The notes beneath the pieces are model-generated. The model did no database searches, was not told the DNA's origin, and saw only the letters and a list, made by a program, of their open reading frames with translations. A program made the translations under genes and the position numbers. Source: Saprospiraceae bacterium (GTDB taxonomy: Bacteria; Bacteroidota; Bacteroidia; Chitinophagales; Saprospiraceae). Taken from it: a stretch of 64,000 nucleotides of DNA. The stretch spans positions 364,743 through 428,742 of the forward strand of contig JAGNXB010000001.1 in NCBI GenBank assembly GCA_017985675.1, read 5' to 3'. Positions 38,001-46,868 of this stretch are shown here, in pieces; position 1 is the stretch's first letter, and each line of letters begins with the position of its first letter.

Positions 38001-38314
38001 ATACTTCATTCCTTGACTTGTCACTTCGTCAGGATTTCGGTGTCAATGTTGGAGGTAAAAACCACAAATTCCAGATTAGCTGGGATGTATTTAATCTAGC
38101 TAATTTGCTCAATAAGGAATGGGGCGTCAGGTATTCAATACCAGGCGACTTCAATAACTATTACCTCTACGAACTTGCTGGATTCGAAACTGATGGCACG
38201 ACGCCTCGTTTTAACTACCGTGGTGGTGATAATGTGGATAAAGATGCTTTAAATATCTCTGACAACGCATCCCGTTGGAAAATGCGTCTAGGACTGCGGT
38301 ATATATTCAATTAA
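35060..38314 (+). CDS. TonB-dependent outer membrane receptor with N-terminal carboxypeptidase-regulatory-like domain (Oar-like)
   Basis: Signal peptide, CarbopepD_reg-like segment (GQIIDQAGELLIGATVVAL...NGYYRMANLRVGGPYRISV), plug region, long beta-barrel, and a C-terminal aromatic end ...LGLRYIFN. No SusD-like partner is adjacent. Confidence 0.85.
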   Translation: MRNPLLRLLMLVLALGAFTESAIAQGTTTASLNGQIIDQAGELLIGATVVALHEPSGTSYGTVSNVNGYYRMANLRVGGPYRISVTYTGYGEVVLEGVNLRLGESRTLDFKLDESATELMTIEIIGKAGTAGQSSGASTQISTEAIEAMPTLNRDLDDYVKLTPQAGGYGDGTAFAGTNNRYNAIYIDGAVNNDVFGLSSSGTNGGQTGISPFSIDIIDQIQVVLSPYDVALGGFAGGGINAVTKSGTNNLEGTAYYFMQNENLIGETNKTLTNRTGSPASKVAEFTKSTYGASLGGPIIRDRLFFFVNAEIQKDETPAPFDFATYTGNSSQQELEELRTFLNENYEYDPGTFGSVSDELDGLKLFGKLDFNINRNHRLTLRHNYTKAEQLDRSVSSPNTINFSNNGIFFPSTTNSTALELNSRFGDKMSNNLILGYTTVNDDRDPIGGDFPFLIIEDGPSKLIRIGSEEFSTANGLEQSIFTITDNFKLYRGAHTITIGTHNEFYDIYNLFIGQNYGTYRYTSIDAFTSGATAKEYDRAYSLVDNLTGDGSAAAADFKAIQLGFYLQDEWAISPKFTLTGGVRVDVPILTIDPVEDTYFNETALPKMQAAYAIANDIEAGKAPDGQIMVSPRLGFNFDINGDKKNVLRGGLGVFTSRIPFVWPGAMYNNNGLTLGRVDETNAGVPITFNPDVNDQYKHPNFSLPSGDINIFTKDFKYPQIFRTNLAFDTELPGGITATFEGLYSKTLNNVLYTNVNSEPIVKNNWTNTPDDRIVYTRKAIDTKYTSVYVGSNTNEGYTYTLTAAFAKKFNFGLNATLAYSYGDAQAVNEGTSSQNSSQWRGQMTQRDGRNAPVLGRSDFALGHRVISSLSYRQNWTRDKNVATTLTLFYDGMTGSPYSYVIGGNSARNINNDLGSTSSNRALVWVPADASEINLVPYTVNNVTISAEEQWENLNNFIENDPYLSENRGQYADKNSNWMPYTSFLDLSLRQDFGVNVGGKNHKFQISWDVFNLANLLNKEWGVRYSIPGDFNNYYLYELAGFETDGTTPRFNYRGGDNVDKDALNISDNASRWKMRLGLRYIFN

Positions 38315-38344
38315 GTATATGCCATAAAGTTGTCGTTAACGTTC

Positions 38345-38380
38345 AAAGGCCAGTCCCAATCGGACTGGCCTTTGTCTTTT
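38345..38380 (+). terminator. Intrinsic terminator after the TonB-dependent receptor gene
   Basis: AAAGGCCAGTCC-caatc-GGACTGGCCTTT, a 12-bp perfect stem, followed by GTCTTTT. Confidence 0.8.
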
Positions 38381-38435
38381 ATAGGACCAACATAGAAAAC
38401 AAATCTACCTTTGGAGTTTAAAATTTAGAGTCCAA

Positions 38436-39092
38436 ATGAACGACGTCATCTCACTAAGAAAGCAAATAGAATCAGCAGGAGCCAGGTTGATTGCTGTTTC
38501 AAAAACGCACCCTGTAGAGGATATTCTGAAATTGTATGAACAGGGTCTAAGAGAGTTTGGTGAAAACAAAGTGCAGGAACTTTTATCTAAAGCCCCACTT
38601 CTTCCTGAAGGTATTCAGTGGCATTTAATCGGGCACCTTCAATCAAACAAGGTGAAATACATTATCCCATTCATTTCAATGATTCATACGGTTGATAGTC
38701 GCAAACTACTAGATGAAATCGAAAAGGAAGCTGCTAAGGCAGGTCGGATTATTCCTTTCCTTTTCCAATTCCATGTCGCCCGTGAGGAAAGCAAATTTGG
38801 TATCGATCCCAAAGACTACGCGTGGATCCACCAACTAGATTTTGAAAACGATTATCCCCATACTTTGCCATCAGGCGTGATGGGTATGGCTACATATACT
38901 GATGACATAGAACAAATTGTAGAGGAATTTAAGCAATTAAGGCACCTCTTCGATCAATTGAAGGAACAGAAGTTTGAATCCAATGATGCGTTTCGTGAAC
39001 TGTCCATGGGAATGTCTTCTGATTATACCTTGGCGTTGGAATGTGGTAGCACAATGGTTCGGATTGGTAGTTTGCTTTTCGGTGATAGGTAA
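38436..39092 (+). CDS. yggS: YggS-family pyridoxal phosphate homeostasis protein
   Basis: AVSKTHP (PLP lysine), WHLIGHLQSNK, MGMSSDY and RIGSLLFG motifs. Confidence 0.88.
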   Translation: MNDVISLRKQIESAGARLIAVSKTHPVEDILKLYEQGLREFGENKVQELLSKAPLLPEGIQWHLIGHLQSNKVKYIIPFISMIHTVDSRKLLDEIEKEAAKAGRIIPFLFQFHVAREESKFGIDPKDYAWIHQLDFENDYPHTLPSGVMGMATYTDDIEQIVEEFKQLRHLFDQLKEQKFESNDAFRELSMGMSSDYTLALECGSTMVRIGSLLFGDR

Positions 39093-39302
39093 TCTTGTAA
39101 TAAACGTGTTTAGCTTTAGACTTCTTGACTCCAGATTAGCCGAATAAAACTATACCACGATGTTCGGCCTTAGTGAGTAATGCAACCCGAAACTATGTTG
39201 GACCATCTACCGATAATATAGCGTAAGATTAAAGAACAACCTTTTAGCTATTGATGAGTGTTTAAGGGACTTAATGCAGACAGTGGGGTTAATCTGGGGC
39301 AA

Positions 39303-39392
39303 ACGGACTAATAACGGACTAATAACGGACTAATAACGGACTAATAACGGACTAATAACGGACTAATAACGGACTAATAACGGACTAATAAC
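39303..39392. repeat. Perfect 11-bp tandem repeat (ACGGACTAATA) x 8 plus partial copy
   Basis: Counted directly. Unit starts are at 39303, 39314, 39325, 39336, 39347, 39358, 39369 and 39380, with no mismatch. It lies in the convergent 3-prime intergenic region between yggS and the FG-GAP gene. Confidence 0.95.
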
Positions 39393-39417
39393 TTAGAAGA
39401 ATAGTCTTAACATAACA

Positions 39418-41682
39418 CTAATGACCAACTACAGGCACTTTAGTCACTTGTTGACGCCCATTGCTCCACGCTCTAATGATAAATACCCCTAATGGTATAT
39501 GGTTTGCAGGCCACTCTTCAATGCCTTTTAGCATGTCATGGATTCCAATGATCCGGCCCATCATATCACTAATTTCAATCTGGCATTCAGATGCGAGCGG
39601 GTCATCCAATGTGAAAATGAACTGTTTGGTGTTGCTGTTATACCGAGCAGAAAAACTTAGCCTGTTTTCTGTCTGGTTTTTTACTGAAGAAACGACCGCT
39701 TTTCCCGTTTTGTAAGCTGTCAAGCCGCCACGTAAATTTCCAATTACGATTTCCAATAAACCATCATTATCCAGGTCTACCATCACGGGGTTTGTTTCAA
39801 AACCATCCCTGTAACCGGTGTATAATGAATCAAGGACAGGGAATTTTGCGGATGGGTTGGAAGGATCTACCGCATATCGACGAACATGCCCAGCATTCGA
39901 CCCTACCACCATTTCGAAGCCATTTCCAACAGGATATATCCAGGGAGAAGCATGGCCTGACAGGAAAGACTGGACGCGCATATCAATTTGGCCATAAAAA
40001 TCAACATTGGGTGGTGTGTTTACTGAAATATTAAAAACCGGATTGCCGATGGATCCCACATTTTGATAGTATTTTATATTCCCGACTTTAGCGCCTAATA
40101 AAATGTCCATCAGACCATCTCCATTGACATCTACTATCTGAGGTACAGAATATGATCCAGAGCTTAATCCTTGATAATTGGGTATGTACGGAGCAAATTT
40201 AGGTATGCTACCTGCACCTGCAATGTTTTCAAAATAGAATAAAGTGCCATTATTATGGCCAATAAGTAGGTCTACATCGCCATCACTATCCAAATCACCG
40301 GTTGTGGGAGTTAAATTCAAAATATTATTGTAAGACAATGGACTTAACGACAAATAATCAGTATTTTCTAAGTAAAAAGATGGCGTCCCAGGGGTACCAA
40401 CATTTAAGAAGAGATTGAGTGAAGTTTTTAGGTTGATACCTGGTGTGAAGTAGCCTGCATTTCCGACAATCATATCTAAAAGCCCATCGCCATTCACATC
40501 CATAAATGCGGGTCGGGCACCGGAACCAACATCCAACATGTCACCTACAAGGACAGATTTACTGGTCAGATTAAAATCTGGATAGGCATTTGTACCCATA
40601 TTTTTATAAAACCACACATTCGAAGTATCGAGCCCTCCAGATTCCATGTTTGGAGCAACGACTATATCTTTTAAACCATCAAAATCCAAATCCACAGCGT
40701 ATGCAGCAGGAAAAAGAGGCATTTGCACGGCAATGTCCTCTTTGGGCCAAAATGTATCCTGGGCTATCATCCAGGCATTGTTTGGAGTGCCTCCATTTGT
40801 AAGTTTGTTAATGTTTGAGAAGGAAACATCTCCAATTAGCAGGTCTTTGAGCCCATCATTATTCGTATCAATGGATAACAATGTACTGCCTGCATGCCTA
40901 ATTTGGGCGGAAGGTCCATCATTAGTCAGACTTTGGGCACATGAATTGGATGACGCACTTAATTTGATTATTTCACTTGTTCCACTTTCATAAAATTTTC
41001 CCCAACAAAGATCTTCCTGATAAAAAGTAAGGCTATCCAGCCCAAATCCTTTTTCAATAGATTGGTTTTTATATAAATGAACATTTCCTCCCCCAGAATC
41101 AAAGGTTAAAAGGTCTAAGTCCCCATCTCCATCTATATCATCAATGGCAGGAATATCATCATAGGCAATGTAGATGTTAGTCTTAGTGCCATTAGGCAAG
41201 GTGAATAAAAAATAATTCTCGGGATTGCCCGATACCAGATATGGGTCAAACGTTAATGTATCATTTTGAAATCGGCCCTTGTACGCTTTGAAACCAGGTA
41301 TGCCTCTGTTATTATAGGTAAAGATATCAACAACGCCGTCACCGTTATAATCCCGCATCACCCCCCAATCTCTATAAATTGGAAAGTATGAAGCATAATC
41401 TGGCGCTAATTCCAACTTCCAACTATTTCCATCCGGTAGTCGCAAATAAGGCAGTATAATGTCACCAGCTCTGTCGAAAACGACAAGATCAGGTACGCCA
41501 TCATTATTGAGATCCGCTTCATTAAATTGTGGTCCATTCAATCCACCCGTAAACGCGTGTTCCAACTGACGGTCATACCACATGACCGGGCAATTAAACG
41601 GTTCCAGTTTGGTTTGGGCAGTAAGTTTGCCGGAAAAGAAGAAAACGGCCAGTATGTAAATATGTATCGATGGATTGGTCAT
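39418..41682 (-). CDS. FG-GAP/VCBS-repeat protein with T9SS C-terminal sorting domain
   Basis: Signal peptide from the ATG at 41682 (checked). Many DxNxDGxxD / DVNGDGLxD FG-GAP calcium loops. The C-terminal ~80 aa are beta-rich and resemble a Por/T9SS CTD. Confidence 0.8.
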   Translation of the reverse strand: MTNPSIHIYILAVFFFSGKLTAQTKLEPFNCPVMWYDRQLEHAFTGGLNGPQFNEADLNNDGVPDLVVFDRAGDIILPYLRLPDGNSWKLELAPDYASYFPIYRDWGVMRDYNGDGVVDIFTYNNRGIPGFKAYKGRFQNDTLTFDPYLVSGNPENYFLFTLPNGTKTNIYIAYDDIPAIDDIDGDGDLDLLTFDSGGGNVHLYKNQSIEKGFGLDSLTFYQEDLCWGKFYESGTSEIIKLSASSNSCAQSLTNDGPSAQIRHAGSTLLSIDTNNDGLKDLLIGDVSFSNINKLTNGGTPNNAWMIAQDTFWPKEDIAVQMPLFPAAYAVDLDFDGLKDIVVAPNMESGGLDTSNVWFYKNMGTNAYPDFNLTSKSVLVGDMLDVGSGARPAFMDVNGDGLLDMIVGNAGYFTPGINLKTSLNLFLNVGTPGTPSFYLENTDYLSLSPLSYNNILNLTPTTGDLDSDGDVDLLIGHNNGTLFYFENIAGAGSIPKFAPYIPNYQGLSSGSYSVPQIVDVNGDGLMDILLGAKVGNIKYYQNVGSIGNPVFNISVNTPPNVDFYGQIDMRVQSFLSGHASPWIYPVGNGFEMVVGSNAGHVRRYAVDPSNPSAKFPVLDSLYTGYRDGFETNPVMVDLDNDGLLEIVIGNLRGGLTAYKTGKAVVSSVKNQTENRLSFSARYNSNTKQFIFTLDDPLASECQIEISDMMGRIIGIHDMLKGIEEWPANHIPLGVFIIRAWSNGRQQVTKVPVVGH

Positions 41683-41862
41683 GACCAGAAGAATTGAGTT
41701 GTCAAACAAAGATAGTTGTTGCTTCCACTACCCTACTGATTTGAAAGCCGGTTTTGTCCGGTAGGAACATTTTGAGTAATAACATGAAACACATATCCTT
41801 TTGAGATGATGGTAAAACAATAAAATACTGGTATTGTTAGCTAAAAATACTTCTATACGTTT

Positions 41863-42453
41863 ATGGACGATAGCCATTCTAGATTTCATCCTCATTACAT
41901 CATGTTGGTGCTCCTCTTAGCAGGTTTGTCTATGATATTTCTGTCCTTGTCAGGAGCCTATATCTACACCCGAGTGCAACATCATATTCCAGCAATCCAA
42001 CTTCCAGGGTTGTTTTTTTTCAATACGCTAATTCTTTTGTTTAGTAGTTATACGCTCATTTTGGCCAAAAGGGCTTACCAAATGGATGAAACAGACAAAT
42101 ACCAAAGGTTTTTATTAATTACCCTGGGATTGTCTGTTGCTTTTTTAGCACTCCAATGGCGGGCATGGCAGCAATTATATACTGAGCAGTTATATATTCA
42201 TTCTGACCTTTCCACATCTTATGTTTATGCTTTGTCCATCTTGCATTTCCTCCATGTTATTGGTGGGATACCTTTTCTATTCAAGTTTGTTTGGTCTGCT
42301 TACAATAGATTGAAGGAACCTGTGTCGGTTTTGGTGTACTTTTCTGACCCGGACAAAAAGCGTGCTCTTCAGTTGCTATCCATCTATTGGCACTTTCTTG
42401 ACTTCCTATGGATATACCTCATTATCTTCCTTGGTTTGAATATGCTCATTTAG
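41863..42453 (+). CDS. Heme-copper oxidase subunit III family protein
   Basis: Five or so TM helices. HFLHVIGG and the C-terminal YWHFLDFLWIYL match the conserved subunit III motif. Confidence 0.65.
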   Translation: MDDSHSRFHPHYIMLVLLLAGLSMIFLSLSGAYIYTRVQHHIPAIQLPGLFFFNTLILLFSSYTLILAKRAYQMDETDKYQRFLLITLGLSVAFLALQWRAWQQLYTEQLYIHSDLSTSYVYALSILHFLHVIGGIPFLFKFVWSAYNRLKEPVSVLVYFSDPDKKRALQLLSIYWHFLDFLWIYLIIFLGLNMLI

Positions 42454-42552
42454 GATATTGAATGACCACCTTGTCTGGTTCGAACAGTCTTTATTTAACC
42501 TTACGGACTTTTGATTTAATCAGGTGGTGTACTTTTGCGCCAAATAGTCTAC

Positions 42553-44811
42553 ATGCCATACCAACAACCCCCATCATCGCTTGAAATTGCACGTTCGCTT
42601 GGATTGCTACCTGAAGAGTACGATAAGATCTGTGAAATATTAGGTCGGGTACCCAACTTCACCGAGCTGAGCATATATTCGGTCATGTGGTCAGAACATT
42701 GTTCATATAAAAACAGCATCAAATACCTCAAAACACTGCCACGTGAGGGGAAGCGGTTGTTGGTAGGAGCGGGAGAAGAAAATGCAGGGTTGGTCGATAT
42801 TGGTGATGGCCTTGCATGTGCATTTAAGATTGAATCGCATAATCACCCATCGGCAATTGAGCCTTATCAGGGAGCGGCAACTGGTGTTGGTGGTATACAC
42901 CGCGATATTTTTACGATGGGAGCACGGCCAATAGCTGCTTTAAATTCATTGCGCTTCGGCGATCTTGATGAACCGCATACCCGGCATCTAATAAGGGGAG
43001 TGGTAAAAGGTATTGGAGATTATGGAAATTGTTTTGGTGTGCCAACGGTAGGTGGTGAAGTTTTTTTTAATCCCTGTTATAATCAAAATATCCTTGTAAA
43101 TGCAATGTCTGCAGGTATTGTCCGCATTGGCGAGACCATTTCAGCATGCGCTGATGGGCCGGGTAATCCGGTTTTCATCGTAGGATCTGCAACGGGAAAG
43201 GATGGCATACATGGTGCTACGTTTGCAAGTGCTGACCTGACGGAAGATAGTGCGGAAGATTTACCTGCAGTCCAGGTAGGTGATCCATTCCAGGAGAAAT
43301 TACTTTTGGAGGCCACGCTGGAAGTTATTGCATCAGGCGTTGTCGTGGGCATGCAGGATATGGGCGCAGCGGGCATTACCTGCTCGACGAGTGAAATGAG
43401 TGCCAAGTCAGAAACCGGGATGATCATTTGGTTAGACAAAGTGCCTACCCGGCAATCCAACATGCAGCCTTTTGAAATTCTGCTTTCAGAAAGCCAGGAG
43501 CGCATGTTAGTGGTATGTAAAAAAGGACGTGAGGAGGAGCTAACGCGAATTTTTGATAAATGGGACCTGGAATGTGCGTTAATTGGAGAAGTAACTGACA
43601 CAGGCAGGCTACAGTACTATTTCCATGGCGATCTGGTTGCCGACGTGGATGCACATTCGCTTGTTTTGGGTGGAGGTGCACCCGTTTATGAGCGTTCCTT
43701 CTCGGAGCCCACCTACTTTATTGGGTTACAAACATTTGATATTTCATCTATTCCCCAGCCTAAGGATTATCTTGATGCTGCACGTAAGCTATGGACCAGC
43801 CCCAATCTCGCATCAAAACGATGGATCTATGAGCAGTATGACAATACTGTCCGGACCAATACCAGAACAACAAATGTGCAATCGGATGCTGCGGTAGTTC
43901 GTGTAAAAGGCACCGAGAAATCGTTGGTGTTAACTACAGACTGTAATCCTGCTTATGTATATGCAGATCCTTATAAAGGAGCCATGATTGCTGTGTGCGA
44001 AGCAGCCCGAAATATTGTTTGTGCTGGTGGAGAGCCAGTGGCAATAACCAATTGTCTAAATTTTGGAAACCCCTATAATACGGAGGTATACTGGCAATTT
44101 GTAATGGCTATCAAGGGGATGGGAGAAGCGTGTAGGAAATTGGAAACACCTATAACAGGAGGAAATGTAAGTTTTTACAATCAAACAGTTTTAAAAGACA
44201 AAACAGATCCTGTATTTCCCACTCCGACCATAGGGATGCTTGGGATCATGGATGATCCTGCCCATTTTATGACACTTGGCTTCAAGTCCGTCGGAGATGC
44301 TTTATTTCTAATCGGTCCTTGCAGAGAAGACCTTGGATCATCAGAATATATGCGCTGGGTGATCAAACGTGATATCTCACCTTGTCCAACTATTGAGCTT
44401 GATGAAGAGGTTCATTACCAAAAAGCAATACAAGCGCTCCTTCGCATGGGGATCGTTCAATCAGTACATGATGTATCTGACGGCGGTTTGTTTACTAACT
44501 TAACTGAATCGGCCATGGCATCAGATATGGGATTTGCCATTTCAACAGATAACAACATCAGAAAAGACGCATTTTTATTTGGCGAAAGTCAAAGTCGGTA
44601 TGTGGTGAGCATACAACCTGAAAATGCCGAGTCCTTTTACCAATTCATTAAAGAATGGAATTTATTCAGTACTCATCTAGGTGAAGTAACTTCCGGGGAA
44701 ATGTTAATTGATGGCGAATCGTTTGGGGAGATAGGTACCTGGTATGAGACACATCACCAGGTAATTGGACTCCGGATGGATGCTTCCTCACTTGTTGAAG
44801 AGAATCAATAA
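42553..44811 (+). CDS. purL: Phosphoribosylformylglycinamidine synthase subunit PurL
   Basis: [41 protein letters not shown] and DCLNFGNP-like NCLNFGNP motifs. ATG at 42553 checked. Confidence 0.92.
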   Translation: MPYQQPPSSLEIARSLGLLPEEYDKICEILGRVPNFTELSIYSVMWSEHCSYKNSIKYLKTLPREGKRLLVGAGEENAGLVDIGDGLACAFKIESHNHPSAIEPYQGAATGVGGIHRDIFTMGARPIAALNSLRFGDLDEPHTRHLIRGVVKGIGDYGNCFGVPTVGGEVFFNPCYNQNILVNAMSAGIVRIGETISACADGPGNPVFIVGSATGKDGIHGATFASADLTEDSAEDLPAVQVGDPFQEKLLLEATLEVIASGVVVGMQDMGAAGITCSTSEMSAKSETGMIIWLDKVPTRQSNMQPFEILLSESQERMLVVCKKGREEELTRIFDKWDLECALIGEVTDTGRLQYYFHGDLVADVDAHSLVLGGGAPVYERSFSEPTYFIGLQTFDISSIPQPKDYLDAARKLWTSPNLASKRWIYEQYDNTVRTNTRTTNVQSDAAVVRVKGTEKSLVLTTDCNPAYVYADPYKGAMIAVCEAARNIVCAGGEPVAITNCLNFGNPYNTEVYWQFVMAIKGMGEACRKLETPITGGNVSFYNQTVLKDKTDPVFPTPTIGMLGIMDDPAHFMTLGFKSVGDALFLIGPCREDLGSSEYMRWVIKRDISPCPTIELDEEVHYQKAIQALLRMGIVQSVHDVSDGGLFTNLTESAMASDMGFAISTDNNIRKDAFLFGESQSRYVVSIQPENAESFYQFIKEWNLFSTHLGEVTSGEMLIDGESFGEIGTWYETHHQVIGLRMDASSLVEENQ

Positions 44812-44938
44812 CACTGAATTTCAACGCTTAGGGAAACGTTTTCGTCAAATATTCGTTCTTAGGAGAAATCAAAGGAATTCCTGATGCGATCCAATCATAA
44901 TTCGTTCTGAACTAAGTACGTTAAAATATAACAATACT

Positions 44939-46060
44939 ATGTCTTATTTGAAATCAAGCATTTTATTAGCCATTCTTTTTGTTACGTCAGTCATTTCGTG
45001 CCAACAGTTGGGCGGGAAACATCTGATTTCGGGTGAGATTAGCGGTGCAGAAAACCTTACCGTTTTTCTAGACCAAATTCAACCGGATGGAAGCTCAAAA
45101 GTCTTGCAAAAAGGAACTGTCAGTACTGAAGGTACCTTTGATTTGGAATCGGAAGAACCTTTTGGGCAAGGGATATATCGCCTGCGTATTGGCGAGAAGG
45201 TCATATTTTTTGCACTTGAAGGCGATGAGCGTCAGCTAAAGATAAATGGCCCTCTTGCTACAATGGATAAATTTATGGTCGAGGCTTCAGGTTCTGCTGT
45301 TGCAGAGGAATATATTTCAACATTAAAAAACCTTATCAATAATACATCTGGTTCTGAAGCTGACACCAAAGCTGCTGTGGAAGGAGTTAAACATCCGCTT
45401 GTCGCGATGCATATGGCGCAAATGATTTTTCGAAACGACCCGACTTATCTGGCCATGCACCAGAATATTTTTAAGCGGATGAATAAGGCTTATCCTGATT
45501 CGCCATATACCAAGCAATATGCCATATATGTTGCAAAAGTGGAGAAGACGGAATCGAGAGTATTGACAGCTGGCCCAGTTAAAGTGGGTGATCCGGCTCC
45601 GGACATCGTACTGCCAGGTCCGGATGGAACGATTTACAAGCTTTCCGATTTGAAAGGTAAAGTGGTGCTTTTAGATTTTTGGGCAAGCTGGTGCGGTCCT
45701 TGTCGTATGGAAAATCCCAATGTAGTTGCGATTTATAATAAATATAAAGAGAAAGGGTTTACTGTTTTTAGTGTTTCGCTTGATGGAATGGATGAGCGGA
45801 CACTTGCCAAATTGGGTGGCGATCAGAAACTGATTGAAGAAAGGAAGGAACGGACCAAACAGCAATGGGTCCAGGCTATTGAAAAGGATAACCTTACTTG
45901 GAAATACCACGTGAGTGATTTGAAAAAATGGGATGCAGAACCAGCCCGAACCTATGGCGTATCCTCGATACCCAAAACCTTCCTCATTGATAAAGAGGGT
46001 AAGATTGCAGTAATTGAGACACGAGGCATTCTTGAAGCAGAGCTGCTTAAATTATTGTAA
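44939..46060 (+). CDS. TlpA-family thiol:disulfide oxidoreductase (thioredoxin fold) with N-terminal DUF4369-like domain
   Basis: Signal/lipoprotein-like N-terminus. The C-terminal thioredoxin domain carries WASWCGPC. Confidence 0.8.
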   Translation: MSYLKSSILLAILFVTSVISCQQLGGKHLISGEISGAENLTVFLDQIQPDGSSKVLQKGTVSTEGTFDLESEEPFGQGIYRLRIGEKVIFFALEGDERQLKINGPLATMDKFMVEASGSAVAEEYISTLKNLINNTSGSEADTKAAVEGVKHPLVAMHMAQMIFRNDPTYLAMHQNIFKRMNKAYPDSPYTKQYAIYVAKVEKTESRVLTAGPVKVGDPAPDIVLPGPDGTIYKLSDLKGKVVLLDFWASWCGPCRMENPNVVAIYNKYKEKGFTVFSVSLDGMDERTLAKLGGDQKLIEERKERTKQQWVQAIEKDNLTWKYHVSDLKKWDAEPARTYGVSSIPKTFLIDKEGKIAVIETRGILEAELLKLL

Positions 46061-46807
46061 TAAAGAATTTTGTATTTTTAAAAATAGGATTCCTGCAGCA
46101 ATAGCCACATTCAAGGATTCGGCTCTGCTGCGGGAATTTTTCGTAATAGTAATAGGTGTTGATAGTAGCTTTGTGGCTGCAGATATACCACGGGATTCAC
46201 TACCCAGAACTAAAATACCTTCATCAGGCGGCTGGAATGAAGTGATATCTGTTCCATTCATATCCGCGGCAAAAACCTTGATGCCTGGTCTTTGAGTTAT
46301 GAATTCCTCTAGTGTACCATAAAAACAAGTTGTTCTAAAAATAGAACCCATTGCCGATTGAATCACTTTAGGATTGCTCCACTCTACTGAATCGGAGCTT
46401 AAAAGAATAGTTTGGAAACCAAACCAGTCGGCTGTTCGCAGGATTGTTCCCAGATTTCCCGGGTCACGTATACCATCGAGATAAATGAGCCATCGTTTTT
46501 TGAGGGACAATGCTTGGTTCCAATCGGGCATCCGGATTATGCACAGGATTCCGGGGGTGTTTGTTAACTGGCTGATTTTATCAAACTCAGGCTGCTTTAG
46601 ATAATAAACCGGTATGTGATCTGGAAATCGAAGATCCTTAATGGGCGGAAGCCCTTCTTGAATGACAATCATTTCAATGAGATCTGGACACTCCATTATA
46701 GCTTCCCGCAGGATCTTTTCGCCTTCTGCTATGAATTTATGATACATTTGTCTATGCTTCCTGGTGCTCAGAGCCCGAAGTAGTTTTATTTGATTCTGTG
46801 ACAGCAT
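46052..46807 (-). CDS. TrmH/SpoU-family RNA 2-prime-O-methyltransferase
   Basis: C-terminal SPOUT motifs (DGIRDPGNLGTILRTA, LVLGSESRGIS, ESLNVAIAAGI). The ATG at 46807 is preferred over 46870 to avoid overlap with the divergent gene. Confidence 0.75.
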   Translation of the reverse strand: MLSQNQIKLLRALSTRKHRQMYHKFIAEGEKILREAIMECPDLIEMIVIQEGLPPIKDLRFPDHIPVYYLKQPEFDKISQLTNTPGILCIIRMPDWNQALSLKKRWLIYLDGIRDPGNLGTILRTADWFGFQTILLSSDSVEWSNPKVIQSAMGSIFRTTCFYGTLEEFITQRPGIKVFAADMNGTDITSFQPPDEGILVLGSESRGISAATKLLSTPITITKNSRSRAESLNVAIAAGILFLKIQNSLLQ

Positions 46808-46868
46808 GAAGCAACTAGCATTTCCGCTAATATATGGTACTTCCGGCCGGCGATATATATATCCAGCC

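Noticed and set aside
39303-39392. Considered whether the 11-bp array is a CRISPR array or a coding low-complexity region.
   Set aside because: Copies are directly adjacent with no spacers, and the unit is far shorter than CRISPR repeats. Stop codons occur in all six frames.
42454-42552. A 7-bp inverted repeat (ACCACCT ... AGGTGGT) spaced by about 55 nt upstream of purL. I considered it as a possible purine-responsive element.
   Set aside because: It is short and widely spaced and resembles no purine riboswitch core that I know. It is probably chance.
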